From the NCBI GenBank assembly GCA_964016885.1, contig OZ024742.1, forward strand, positions 260,524,001 to 260,588,000: a DNA stretch of 64,000 nt, given 5' to 3'. The notes beneath the pieces are model-generated. The model searched no databases. It worked only from the letters and a program-made list of their open reading frames with translations, and was not told the origin of the DNA. Shown piece by piece: positions 43,701 through 52,191 of this stretch. The DNA is from Eledone cirrhosa (lineage: Eukaryota). The position numbers were made by a program, and so were the translations under genes. Each line of letters begins with the position of its first letter. The stretch's first letter is position 1.

Positions 43701-46700
43701 CTGCCCACTAACCTTCACATCACAATCACATGGGAACCCCTCTTGCCCTGCCCACTAACCTTCATTTCACAATCACATGGGAATCCCTCTTGCCTTGCGT
43801 ACTAACCTTCACATCACAATCACATGGGAACCCCTCTTGCCCTGCCCACTAACCTTCACATCACAATCACATGGGAACCCCTCTTGCCCTGCCCACTAAC
43901 CTTCACATCACAATCACATGGGAACCCCTCTTACCCTGCCCACTAACCTTCACATCACAATCACTTGGATCCCCTCTTGCCCTGCCCACTAACCTTTACA
44001 TCACAATCACATGGGAACCCCTCTTGCCTTGCCCACTAACCTTCACATCACAATCACTTGGGAACCCCTCTTGCCCTGCCCACTAACCTTCACATCACAA
44101 TCACATGGGAACCCCTCTTGCCCTGCCCACTAACCTTCATTTCACAATCACATGGGAACCCCTCTTGCCCTGCCCACTAACCTTCACATCACAATCACAT
44201 GGGAACCCCTCTTGCCTTGCCCACTAACCTTCACATCACAATCACATGGGAACCCCTCTTGCCCTGCCCACTAACCTTCACATCACAATCACATGGGAAC
44301 CCCTCTTGCCTTGCCCACTAACCTTCACATCACAATCACATGGGAACCCCTCTTGCCCTGCCCACTAACCTTCATTTCACAATCACATGGGAACCCCTCT
44401 TGCTCTGCCCACTAACCTTCACATCACAATCACATGGGAACCCCTCTTGCCCTGCCCACTAACCTTCACATCACAATCACATGGGAACCCCTCTTGCCCT
44501 GCCCACTAACCTTCACATCACAATCACATGGGAACCCCTCTTGCCCTGCCCACTAACCTTCACATCACAATCACATGGGAACCCCTCTTGCCCTGCCCAC
44601 TAACCTTCACATCACAATCACTTGGGAACCCCTCTTGCCCTGCCCACTAACCTTCACATCACAATCACATGGGAACCCCTCTTGCCCTGCCCACTAACCT
44701 TCACATCACAATCACATGGGAACCCCTCTTGCCCTGCCCACTAACCTTTACATCACAATCACTTGGGAACCCCTCTTGCCCTGCCCACTAACCTTTACAT
44801 CACAATCACTTGGATCCCCTCTTGCCCTGCCCACTAACCTTCACATCACAATCACATGGGAACCCCTCTTGCCCTGCCCACTAACCTTCACATCACAATC
44901 ACATGGGAACCCCTCTTGCCCTGCCCACTAACCTTTACATCACAATCACTTGGGAACCCCTCTTGCCCTGCCCACTAACCTTCACATCACAATCACATGG
45001 GAACCCCTCTTGCCCTGCCCACTAACCTTCACATCACAATCACTTGGGAACCCCTCTTGCCCTGCCCACTAACCTTCATTTCACAATCACATGGGAACCC
45101 CTCTTGCCCTGCCCACTAACCTTTACATCACAATCACTTGGATCCCCTCTTGCCCTGCCCACTAACCTTTACATCACAATCACTTGGGAACCCCTCTTGC
45201 CCTGCCCACTAACCTTCACATCACAATCACATGGGAACCCCTCTTGCCCTGCCCACTAACCTTCACATCACAATCACATGGGAACCCCTCTTGCCCTGCC
45301 CACTAACCTTTACATCACAATCACTTGGGAACCCCTCTTGCCCTGCCCACTAACCTTCACATCACAATCACATGGGAACCCCTCTTGCCCTGCCCACTAA
45401 CCTTCACATCACAATCACTTGGGAACCCCTCTTGCCCTGCCCACTAACCTTCATTTCACAATCACATGGGAACCCCTCTTGCCCTGCCCACTAACCTTTA
45501 CATCACAATCACTTGGATCCCCTCTTGCCCTGCCCACTAACCTTCACATCACAATCACATGGGATCCCCTCTTGCCCTGCCCACTAACCTTCACATCACA
45601 ATCACATGGGAACCCCTCTTGCCTTGCCCACTAACCTTCACATCACAATCACTTGGGAACCCCTCTTGCCCTGCCCACTAACCTTCACATCACAATCACT
45701 TGGGAACCCCTCTTGCCCTGCCCACTAACCTTCACATCACAATCACTTGGATCCCCTCTTGCCCTGCCCACTAACCTTCACATCACAATCACATGGGAAC
45801 CCCTCTTGCCTTGCCCACTAACCTTCACATCACAATCACTTGGGAACCCCTCTTGCCCTGCCCACTAACCTTCACATCACAATCACTTGGGAACCCCTCT
45901 TGCCCTGCCCACTAACCTTCACATCACAATCACTTGGATCCCCTCTTGCCCTGCCCACTAACCTTCATTTCACAATCACATGGGAATCCCTCTTGCCTTG
46001 CGTACTAACCTTCACATCACAATCACATGGGAACCCCTCTTGCCCTGCCCACTAACCTTCACATCACAATCACATGGGAACCCCTCTTGCCCTGCCCACT
46101 AACCTTCACATCACAATCACATGGGAACCCCTCTTACCCTGCCCACTAACCTTCACATCACAATCACTTGGATCCCCTCTTGCCCTGCCCACTAACCTTT
46201 ACATCACAATCACATGGGAACCCCTCTTGCCTTGCCCACTAACCTTCACATCACAATCACTTGGGAACCCCTCTTGCCCTGCCCACTAACCTTCATTTCA
46301 CAATCACATCGGAACCCCTCTTGCTCTACCCACTAACCTTCACATCACAATCACATGGGAACCCCTCTTGCCCTGCCCACTAACCTTCACATCACAATCA
46401 CATGGGAACCCCTCTTGCCCTGCCCACTAACCTTCACATCACAATCACATGGGAACCCCTCTTGCCCTGCCCACTAACCTTCACATCACAATCACATGGG
46501 AACCCCTCTTGCCCTGCCCACTAACCTTCACATCACAATCACATGGGAACCCCTCTTGCCCTGCCCACTAACCTTCACATCACAATCACATGGGAACCCC
46601 TCTTGCCCTGCCCACTAACCTTCACATCACAATCACATGGGAACCCCTCTTGCCCTGCCCACTAACCTTCATTTCACAATCACATGGGAACCCCTCTTGC

Positions 46701-49533
46701 CCTGCCCACTAACCTTCACATCACAATCACATGGGAACCCCTCTTGCCCTGCCCACTAACCTTCACATCACAATCACATGGGAACCCCTCTTGCCCTGCC
46801 CACTAACCTTCATTTCACAATCACATGGGAACCCCTCTTGCCCTGCCCACTAACCTTCACATCACAATCACATGGGAACCCCTCTTGCCCTGCCCACTAA
46901 CCTTCACATCACAATCACATGGGAACCCCTCTTGCCCTGCCCACTAACCTTCATTTCACAATCACATGGGAACCCCTCTTGCCCTGCCCACTAACCTTCA
47001 CATCACAATCACTTGGGAACCCCTCTTGCCCTGCCCACTAACCTTCACATCACAATCACATGGGAACCCCTCTTGCCCTGCCCACTAACCTTCACATCAC
47101 AATCACATCACAATCACATGGGAACCCCTCTTGCCCTGCCGACTGACCTTCACATCACAATCACATGGGAACCCCTCTTGCCCTGCCCACTAACCTTCAC
47201 ATCACAATCACATGGGAATCCCTCTTGCCTTGCCCACTAACCTTCACATCACAATCACATGGGAACCCCTCTTGCCCTGCCCACTAACCTTCACATCACA
47301 ATCACTTGGATCCCCTCTTGCCCTGCCCACTAACCTTCACATCACAATCACATGGGAACCCCTCTTGCCCTGCCCACTAACCTTCACATCACAATCACAT
47401 GGGAACCCCTCTTGCCCTGCCCACTGACCTTCACATCACAATCACATGGGAACCCCTCTTGCCCTGCCCACTAACCTTCACATCACAATCACATCACAAT
47501 CACATGGGAACCCCTCTTACCCTGCCCACTCACCTTCACATCACAATCACATGGGAACCCCTCTTGCCCTGCCCACTAACCTTCACATCACAATCACTTG
47601 GATCCCCTCTTGCCCTGCCCACTAACCTTCACATCACAATCACTTGGATCCCCTCTTGCCCTGCCCACTAACCTTCACATCACAATCACATGGGAACCCC
47701 TCTTGCCCTGCCCACTAACCTTCACATCACAATCACATGGGAACCCCTCTTGCCCTGCCCACTAACCTTCACATCACAATCACATGGGAACCCCTCTTGC
47801 CCTGCCCACTAACCTTCACATCACAATCACATGGGAACCCCTCTTGCCCTGCCCACTAACCTTCACATCACAATCACATGGGAACCCCTCTTGCCCTGCC
47901 CACTAACCATCACAATCACATGGGAATCCCTCTTGCCCTGCCCACTAACCTTCACATCACAATCACTTGGGAACCCCTCTTGCCCTGCGTACTAACCTTC
48001 ACATCACAATCACATGGGAACCCCTCTTGCCCTGCCCACTAACCTTCACATCACAATCACATGGGAACCCCTCTTGCCCTGCCCACTAACCTTCACATCA
48101 CAATCACATGGAACCCCTCTTGCCCTGCCCACTAACCTTCACATCACAATCACTTGGAACCCCTCTTGCCCTGCCCACTAACCTTCACATCACAATCACA
48201 TGGGAACCCCTCTTGCCCTGCCCACTAACCTTCACTTCATATTCACATGGTTCACCCACCCACTTCTCCTTCCCACTAACCTTCCCTTTACAACTATATG
48301 TGACTACACCCTTTCCTCCCTCCTACTAATCTTCCTTTCACACTCACATGTGACCACACCCTCTTCTCCCTCCTACTAATCTTCATTTCACAATCACGTG
48401 ACCACAGCCCTTCTCCCTCCCACTAACCTTCACTTCATAATCACCTGACCACACCCCTCAGTAACCATGTGAGAAAGCCAGATACATGTATTTCAGTGTA
48501 CTTTATCCATCATTAGTGACGCTTGCTTATTTGGTAATGAGGTATGTAGAACTTAATGCTTCTAATTTGAGATTTTACAAATACATTTTTAAAGAGATAT
48601 TATTTGTGTATAGTGTGAATTTGTTGGGCTACTATTAATTTTCCTTGTGATATATTACCACTTAGTACCAGCGATTACTGTGACCAATGTGAAAGGGCTT
48701 GCTTACAATGCTACAGCTATCAAAGTAACTTGGGACCCTGTCACAGATGACAGAAAGACTTTAAAAGGGAAACTTGTTGGATATAAGGTACAGTGGCTTT
48801 TTCGTATTTATAAATTCTATATTCTAATAATGAATGTTAAGAGAAATGGAAAGAAATGGTTGGGCCATGTGTTGAGGAATGGTGAGAGAAGTGGTAGAAA
48901 TGAATGTGGAAGGAAATAGAGAAAGCAAAAGACCAAGAAAGACATGGCTAAAAATGAGGAAGAATTTAAACCCATGGATCACTGCATCATTTTCATTGAA
49001 CCAGTCTTTATGCTTTCTATTGGTATGACCCAAAACTCCAGCACTAACATGATAGACAGTTTTCTTCAATGATTCCCACGTGTTTTCACATGGACTCAAG
49101 GGACCTCGACAGCTCAGCTCTGACTTTCTCTGTTTTCAGACGAGCCACGTTTAGTTGTTTTGGAAGTGCAACCTTCTTCCCTCTTACTTACATACATACA
49201 TACAGATACATAAGTATGTGTGTGTAGTGTCCTGCCTTGACCAGTTTTGCTCAATGACCGAAAGAATTAAAATAATCATATAATCAGAGTTATTTATCAA
49301 ATTATAAATACAAGGAAAGAATAGACAAAGATATACCCATTTTTTCTTCAAAGTCCCAACTGCAGTTTCACTGATTGGTCTGCAGTAATCATGCACCAGT
49401 GCTGTCAGGCAGTTGACTCTTCAGGAGAACCCCTCAATTTAGTGAATTATTTCCTGACCTGACCGTTATAATTTCCTATTTCATGACTGAAATAGGAAAT
49501 GTTTGTGTGTGCAAATTTTAAAGAGTTACAGAT

Positions 49534-49590
<57 letters not shown>

Positions 49591-50716
49591 AACATACATG
49601 GCATATAATTTATGGCTAATTCTTTTTCTTTTGTTCCAGATAAAATACTGGAGAATAGATTTAAACGAGATAAGAGCTATTGAAGCAATACATTATGGAC
49701 AGGCCTCGTCTGCTATAATAATTGGATTATTACCTAACACTTACTATAGGTTCAGAATGATGGTTTTTAACTCTGCTGGGTTTGGACCAATCAGTGACCC
49801 ATACTTTGCTAAAACTTATCATAAACGTAAGTTTATTTTATATTTATAAAATGCACCCAGTACGTGCAATAAAATTGTTGGCATTAAGTAGGGCATCAAG
49901 TTATAGAGACCATGTCAAAATGGAACACATCTCAATGAGACTCAGTACTCCAACTTGCCTAGAAAGTCAGTAGCTTCAGTTAAATTATGACTTGGTCTAT
50001 AACAACTTGTCCAATTCATATTAGCATGTAAAAGTGGAGATATGGTGATGATGATGATGATATTGATGCTGATGGTGGGGGTAATAACAGCAGTGTCTGC
50101 ACCTAATGAAAAGTATAATTTACAGTCCTATCATGTTGTGATTGCTACAGTTTACACCTCTATAGGTTTAGTTAGCCTCCTACAAGGTTGTACTTCAGAA
50201 AAGGTTTTAATGGCAGGGGTCCAGTATTATATTGTCAATGCTACAACTCAGATTTGTAGCTTTAGCTAGCCTCCTACAAAGTTGTATCTCATAGGAGGTT
50301 TCATGGGTGTTATAAGGATAAAGAACCCAGTCGTATCATGAAATTGCTACATCTCACACATATGTAGGTTTAGCTGAACTCCAATGGGATTGCGCCTCAG
50401 GAAGTTTCTTGAATGTTCAAATGATAAGGACTCAGTCTTAACATGAAACAACATACTTAAAAATACAATGTACTACCCAGTCCAGGAATTGAAGCCATGA
50501 CCTTATGATTGTGAACCCAACACCCTAACCACTAGGCCATATGCCTTCATACACCTGAGAGTCCCAAATGATATAATTTCATTCTTTCTATCTACTTCAG
50601 CACCGCAAGAATATCCAACTGAAATTCACATCCTTCCACACAGCAGTCATTCTTGTATTGTAACATTCCGAGGTGTTGGTACAAAAAGTGATGAGGAACC
50701 GCTACAGGGATATATA
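7493..50716 (+). CDS. Cont: Contactin (invertebrate type: CTLD + 6 Ig + FN3 repeats), 20 internal exons; 5' and 3' ends not found in window
   Basis: 20 exons with AG/GT boundaries and matching phases join into a 3219-nt stop-free frame. Domain order and motifs (ICE...DYG...RGP linker, GNLYFSEV, GGGGGKV.TL.ITW.PL...QNG..FGY.V.WR, TIFSAED) match contactins. Confidence 0.92.
7925..11152 (+). mobile_element. CR1-clade LINE, 5'-truncated (probable ORF1 end, APE endonuclease, RT), disabled
   Basis: APE motifs LNARSL, VTETW, VYRPP, GDFN, LDL, SDH (8094-8915); RT motifs YLDFAKAF, SGVPQGSVLGP, YADD, ERDLG, VRPHLE (9445-10869); stop at 8913-8915, frameshift near 9475; repeated 3' UTR and (ATT)n tail. 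Confidence 0.93.
11717..11943 (+). mobile_element. Mariner-derived MITE
   Basis: TIR core AAAAGTTCCTGGCTT / AAGCCAGGAACTTTT; internal GLEKLKDCCNKCVDLRGEYVE* resembles a mariner transposase C-terminus. Confidence 0.75.
12413..12561 (+). CDS. Cont: Contactin exon (C-type lectin domain)
   Basis: ctttttag|TTTTACTTGG...ATTG|gtgagt; FTWYTSGEYVKNNKFRWMGDGKDVSSQAAFW; phase 2 to 1. Confidence 0.88.
12685..12960 (+). repeat. Degenerate ~44-bp tandem repeat related to the LINE/SINE 3' tail
   Basis: Repeated AAAA(T/G)CACCCAGTCCACCCTGCCAGGTGGTAGTGG units leading into the common GTTGGTGTTA.GAAGGG.ATCCAGCTG tail. Confidence 0.7.
14576..14683 (+). CDS. Cont: Contactin exon (end of CTLD)
   Basis: ttttctag|ATAACC...CTTG|gtaagt; DNQYRWFRRDGQEFRSSICEIPEKENFRVFHQNRSL; phase 1 to 1. 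Confidence 0.88.
15796..16116 (+). CDS. Cont: Contactin exon (linker + Ig1)
   Basis: attctag|ATTATGGA...GGCT|gtgagt; DYGQHLQ...RGPTMKEEP...AFGNPPPVYEWY...NGRLTI...YHCFASNNAG. Confidence 0.93.
16224..16319 (+). CDS. Cont: Contactin exon (Ig2 N-half)
   Basis: ttgacag|CTCTTGG...CCAG|gtaata; SLGEFLNTEREGVQAQQYEGTYLQCKPPKYNP. Confidence 0.9.
18102..18338 (+). CDS. Cont: Contactin exon (Ig2 C-half)
   Basis: ccctctag|CAATTCG...AAAG|gtaagt; IRYQW...FISRNGNLYFSEVSHNDAGKYFC. Confidence 0.93.
18735..18840 (+). CDS. Cont: Contactin exon (Ig3 N-part)
   Basis: atttag|GTACTAG...GGAAC|gtaaga; RPQIHEDFPAVFPEQPLEDDSIYIECFAFG; phase 1 to 2. Confidence 0.9.
19116..19543 (+). mobile_element. Two tandem copies of SINE family B (TTGGCAGTATCGGTAGAG head; GCCTTTCATCCTTACGGGGTCGATAAAATAAAGTACC core)
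   Basis: B box GAGTTCAAATC; same sequence recurs at 27568-27740(-), 32566-32753, 34512-34725, 38435-38624, 39997-40202. Confidence 0.85.
20590..20771 (+). CDS. Cont: Contactin exon (Ig3 C-part)
   Basis: tttcag|GTTTAAA...AAAG|gtaaga; YTWTRIDG...DSGIYRCRVNN; phase 2 to 1. Confidence 0.92.
20815..21081. mobile_element. Non-autonomous hAT-type element
   Basis: CAGGG...CCCTG termini flanked by an exact 8-bp target-site duplication GTTACCAT (20807-20814, 21082-21089). Confidence 0.8.
21307..21580. mobile_element. Foldback/MITE-like element
   Basis: Nested inverted blocks AAATTCTTAAGAAATG, TATAAATAATAG, TATAGATGGAAAAA, CCAGCAG, CTACAGAGAA, each with a reverse complement in the right half. Confidence 0.75.
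21703..21972 (+). CDS. Cont: Contactin exon (Ig4)
   Basis: atttcag|TGAAGCC...GTAG|gtgagt; WRCEAHAKPAASYTWYKDG...DNGMYQCQAVNSFG. Confidence 0.94.
22010..22245. repeat. Degenerate ~41-bp minisatellite
   Basis: About six CTAAATACCCAGGCACACACTGTAGAGCTAGCCTAG-like units. Confidence 0.75.
22373..22666 (+). CDS. Cont: Contactin exon (Ig5)
   Basis: caaccag|AATTGAAG...AAAT|gtaagt; VTLECQPEAAPYPTIEWSK...DAGTYKCEATNNLG. Confidence 0.93.
22880..23610 (-). mobile_element. Old fragments of the PHD-RTE family plus a 3'-end copy of RTE subfamily 2
   Basis: Reverse complements of MLHGSET and the RNSIL..KRC region; 23303-23610 matches the reverse complement of 35880-36133. Confidence 0.7.
23960..24362 (-). 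mobile_element. Penelope-like remnant with inverted ends and a degenerate minimal hammerhead, within (TA)n
   Basis: Inverted repeats ~23966-23992/24286-24313 and ~24256-24287/24327-24360; hammerhead-like motif at 24087-24124(-). Confidence 0.55.
24370..24908 (+). mobile_element. Older 3' fragment of the RTE LINE family
   Basis: Decayed RCRA.KVDG...WDEVIKADL coding end, tail repeats and (GAT)n; starts in a TA tract. Confidence 0.75.
26474..26637 (+). CDS. Cont: Contactin exon (Ig6 N-half)
   Basis: ataccag|TAAGCAC...GCTGCC|gtaagt; TAVFKCKASYNKGLDAIYSWSFNG; phase 1 to 0. Confidence 0.9.
26920..27160 (+). mobile_element. Fragment of a CRE-like non-LTR retrotransposon (C-terminal restriction-like endonuclease region)
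   Basis: Frame-broken translation AEERKANKYR...HFLFASIAVETSGLLGPRTAELL...NGNAFAI fits the AE..K..KY...A.ET.G..G...RGNA pattern. Confidence 0.6.
27568..27740 (-). mobile_element. SINE family B
   Basis: Reverse complement of 19116-19311. Confidence 0.85.
27904..28030 (+). CDS. Cont: Contactin exon (Ig6 C-half)
   Basis: ttttctag|GGTGAA...ATTG|gtgaga; GDLYIRNAEFKHAGYYLCQIKTIVD; phase 0 to 1. Confidence 0.92.
28090..28420 (+). repeat. Degenerate ~40-44-bp tandem repeat (LINE/SINE tail unit)
   Basis: Repeated ATGATAAAATGCACCCAGTACACTCTGTAAAGTGGTAGTG units. Confidence 0.75.
28765..29395 (+). mobile_element. Older 3' fragment of the PHD-RTE LINE family
   Basis: Similar to 1140-1884 with indels; (GAT)n tail. 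Confidence 0.85.
31143..31740 (+). repeat. 370-bp-period tandem duplication carrying minimal hammerhead-like motifs (Penelope-like)
   Basis: 31143-31370 repeats at 31513-31740; motifs at 31203-31245 and 31573-31615. Confidence 0.7.
31203..31245 (+). ncRNA. Minimal type I hammerhead ribozyme-like motif
   Basis: ACAGTC-CTGATGA-AGGGTAATGATCCA-GAAA-CATG-TT-GATTGT: stem I ACAGTC/GATTGT, both core boxes, palindromic stem III. Confidence 0.6.
31759..32050 (-). mobile_element. SINE family A
   Basis: Reverse complement of 51811-52191. Confidence 0.8.
32770..34500 (+). mobile_element. Decayed Tx1/L1-clade LINE RT region
   Basis: PGLDGLPYELY, DNFRPITLLNAEFKILAKVLA, LDQSKAFDRVDH, SAYVDDVTI, GAKINQEKS with many stops and frameshifts. 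Confidence 0.8.
35231..35395 (+). CDS. Cont: Contactin exon (FN3-1 N-half)
   Basis: tcaccag|GTCCTCC...TCAG|gttagt; GPPERPQGV...LGWFDGIDNDAPITYYIIEYKT. Confidence 0.92.
35425..36133 (+). mobile_element. RTE LINE subfamily 2, 3' fragment inserted ~30 bp after an exon donor
   Basis: ORF 35428-35877 is homologous to the family C-terminus but has a different 3' UTR; (GAT)n tail. Confidence 0.9.
36668..36811 (+). CDS. Cont: Contactin exon (FN3-1 C-half)
   Basis: tccccag|AAATTTC...ACAA|gtaagt; IHGLIPATSYQFRMAAINKYGTGESSLP. Confidence 0.92.
36830..37550 (-). repeat. Degenerate ~44-bp tandem array (reverse complement of the LINE/SINE tail unit)
   Basis: Repeated CACCAGCACTACCACTTTACAGAGTGTACTGGGTGCATTTTATTGTG units. 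Confidence 0.8.
37552..38400 (+). mobile_element. Decayed RTE-like LINE 3' part
   Basis: DMEFADDIVL, GLFLNANKTKYM, FKYLG, FKATVESILL, LDGCYTQMLR; (AGT)n tail. Confidence 0.75.
38999..39093 (+). CDS. Cont: Contactin exon (FN3-2 start)
   Basis: attctag|GTTGG...GGAAG|gtaaga; PRKAPGEVGGGGGKVSTLVITWK, a Gly-rich contactin motif; phase 1 to 0. Confidence 0.92.
39468..39566 (+). CDS. Cont: Contactin exon (FN3-2 middle)
   Basis: ttgcag|CCACTT...TCAGCT|gtaagt; PLLHQDQNGKKFGYQVFWRKK; phase 0 to 0. Confidence 0.9.
40449..40596 (+). CDS. Cont: Contactin exon (FN3-2 end)
   Basis: cttccag|TGGAAT...GATT|gtgagt; YYTEYEVQVQAKNEIGLGPRSTIVTIFSAED; phase 0 to 1. Confidence 0.92.
40662..48237. repeat. 47-bp minisatellite array (~160 units) filling a contactin intron
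   Basis: Unit CCTGCCCACTAACCTTCACATCACAATCACATGGGAACCCCTCTTGC, with 46-bp TTGGATCC variants; more diverged units flank it at ~40620-40660 and 48240-48460. Confidence 0.97.
48666..48787 (+). CDS. Cont: Contactin exon (FN3-3 N-half)
   Basis: cacttag|TACCAGCG...TATAAG|gtacag; AYNATAIKVTWDPV...KGKLVGYK; phase 1 to 0. Confidence 0.9.
48965..49165 (-). mobile_element. RTE (BovB-like) LINE internal fragment
   Basis: Minus strand ENTWESLKKTVYHVSAGVLGHTNRKHKDWFNENDAVI resembles the APE-RT linker. Confidence 0.65.
49640..49826 (+). CDS. Cont: Contactin exon (FN3-3 C-half)
   Basis: gttccag|ATAAAA...AAAC|gtaagt; IKYWR...IIGLLPNTYYRFRMMVFNSAGFGPISD; phase 0 to 1. Confidence 0.92.
50601..50716 (+). CDS. 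Cont: Contactin exon (FN3-4 N-part)
   Basis: acttcag|CACCGC...TATATA|gtaaga; PPQEYPTEIHI...VTFRGVGTKSDEEPLQGYI; phase 1 to 0. Confidence 0.88.
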
Positions 50717-50859
50717 GTAAGAATCAATTAATTATTGGCAATAATTTATCTCGTCTTCCTCACTTCCGTTCTCTTTTAACGTTTTTATTTATCTTTCTAC
50801 ATAACACCTTGTTTTTTTTCCTTTTCATGTTTTTAAATATATGTATGTGTGTATATATA

Positions 50860-51750
50860 CAGGGTGCGGACGACATTGGTTCGCAAGATTACTGTCTAGG
50901 AAAAAATAACACAGTAGTTTTATTTTTTAAGATTTATTTATCAAACTTGGGTCAGTTTGTCTTCATGACTTGTTCTTTCGATCTCACTTGATAAACCCAC
51001 CATTGGCTTTGATGACGGCCCCTAGGCGGCCTCGGAACCGGCTACAGGCCTTCGTCACTGTCCCCCGACTTAGGCCCCTAAAGCACTTGTGATCCTGGCC
51101 TTCAGATCGTCTTTCGTATTGCAGCTAGATCTGTTGGTGTCTCGTTCCACTGCGCCCCACACAAAGAAGTCAAGGGGGTTGCAGTCAGGCGAGCTGGGAG
51201 GCCAGATGTCAGGTGAAGTGTGGTCGACGAAGTTCTCTGACAGCCAGGCTTGGGTCTTTCGGCTGGTATGGCAGGGCGCTGAGTCTTGCTACCACACGTA
51301 CGGCCTACCTGCAGCTACTTGGTTGATCCAGGGCTTTACTACCTCGCTCAGAACGCGGATGTAGCCATCGGTGTTCAGCTTGAGGCCCTCAGGGAAGAAG
51401 TAAGGTGGCATGACGTCACCTTGACTGCTGACAACACCTAAGACCAATGTTGTCACTGGAAACTTTATCTGCATGACTCTGGGCACATCTTTGGATGAGA
51501 CACCATTCTCCTGCTGACACTGAGAAAGTCTGAAATTTCCTTATTTGTCCTCCCGGCGCGGATTCCAAGAAGAACTCCGTGTCTCTTCCACAAATTTGGA
51601 GGTTCAAAATTATTCATAATCAATTATTCTGAAAATAAATAATGGAAATATAGTCAATGTTTTTATGAAGACAAGAGTGACAACGGAAGTAAAAAAAATT
51701 TGCATAAAATTAGCAGTTGAAAATTGCTAACAGATGTCGTCCGCACCCTG
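50860..51750 (-). mobile_element. Tc1/mariner DD37D (maT-type) transposon, internally deleted
   Basis: TIRs CAGGGTGCGGACGACAT (17 bp perfect) with TA on both sides; minus-strand YVW*QDSAPCH...WPPSSPDCNPLDFFVWG, with 37 residues between the 2nd and 3rd Asp. Confidence 0.9.
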
Positions 51751-51810
51751 TATATGTATGCAGATGTGTATATGTGTATGTATATATATATATATATACA
51801 ATGTATATAA

Positions 51811-52191
51811 TGGAGGCACATGGGTTAGTGGTTGGAACATTGGCCTTGCAATCGAAAGGTTGTGAGTTCAATTCTCAGACCGGGTGATGTGTTGTTTCCT
51901 TGAGCAAGACACTTTATTTCACATTGCTCCAGTTTACTCAGCTGTAGAAATGAGATGATAGAGACTGGGGTCCCTTTCATTCCACTGTAAAGTGGTCATG
52001 GAGGTGCCATGGAAAAAAAGCACCCAGCACTCACTGTAAAGTGGACGTGTAGGCGCCACGGAAAAAAAGCACCCAGCACTCACTGTAAATGAGGTTGGTC
52101 TTAGGAAGGGCATCCAGCTGTAGAAATCAAGCCAGAATCAGTTCCCGTCCCACCCTTGCAAGTAGGGAAAAGCGGACGTAAAATGATGATG
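51811..52191 (+). mobile_element. SINE family A, near full length
   Basis: tRNA-like head with A/B boxes, CCTTGAGCAAGACACTT core, duplicated CACCCAGCACTCACTGTAAA tail unit, (GAT)n end. Confidence 0.88.

Noticed and set aside
40744-48329. Many 71-aa MGTPLALPTNLH... ORFs, or a CRISPR-like array
   Set aside because: Frame-cycling through a 47-bp unit. The units are contiguous with no unique spacers, there are no cas genes, and the context is a eukaryotic intron.
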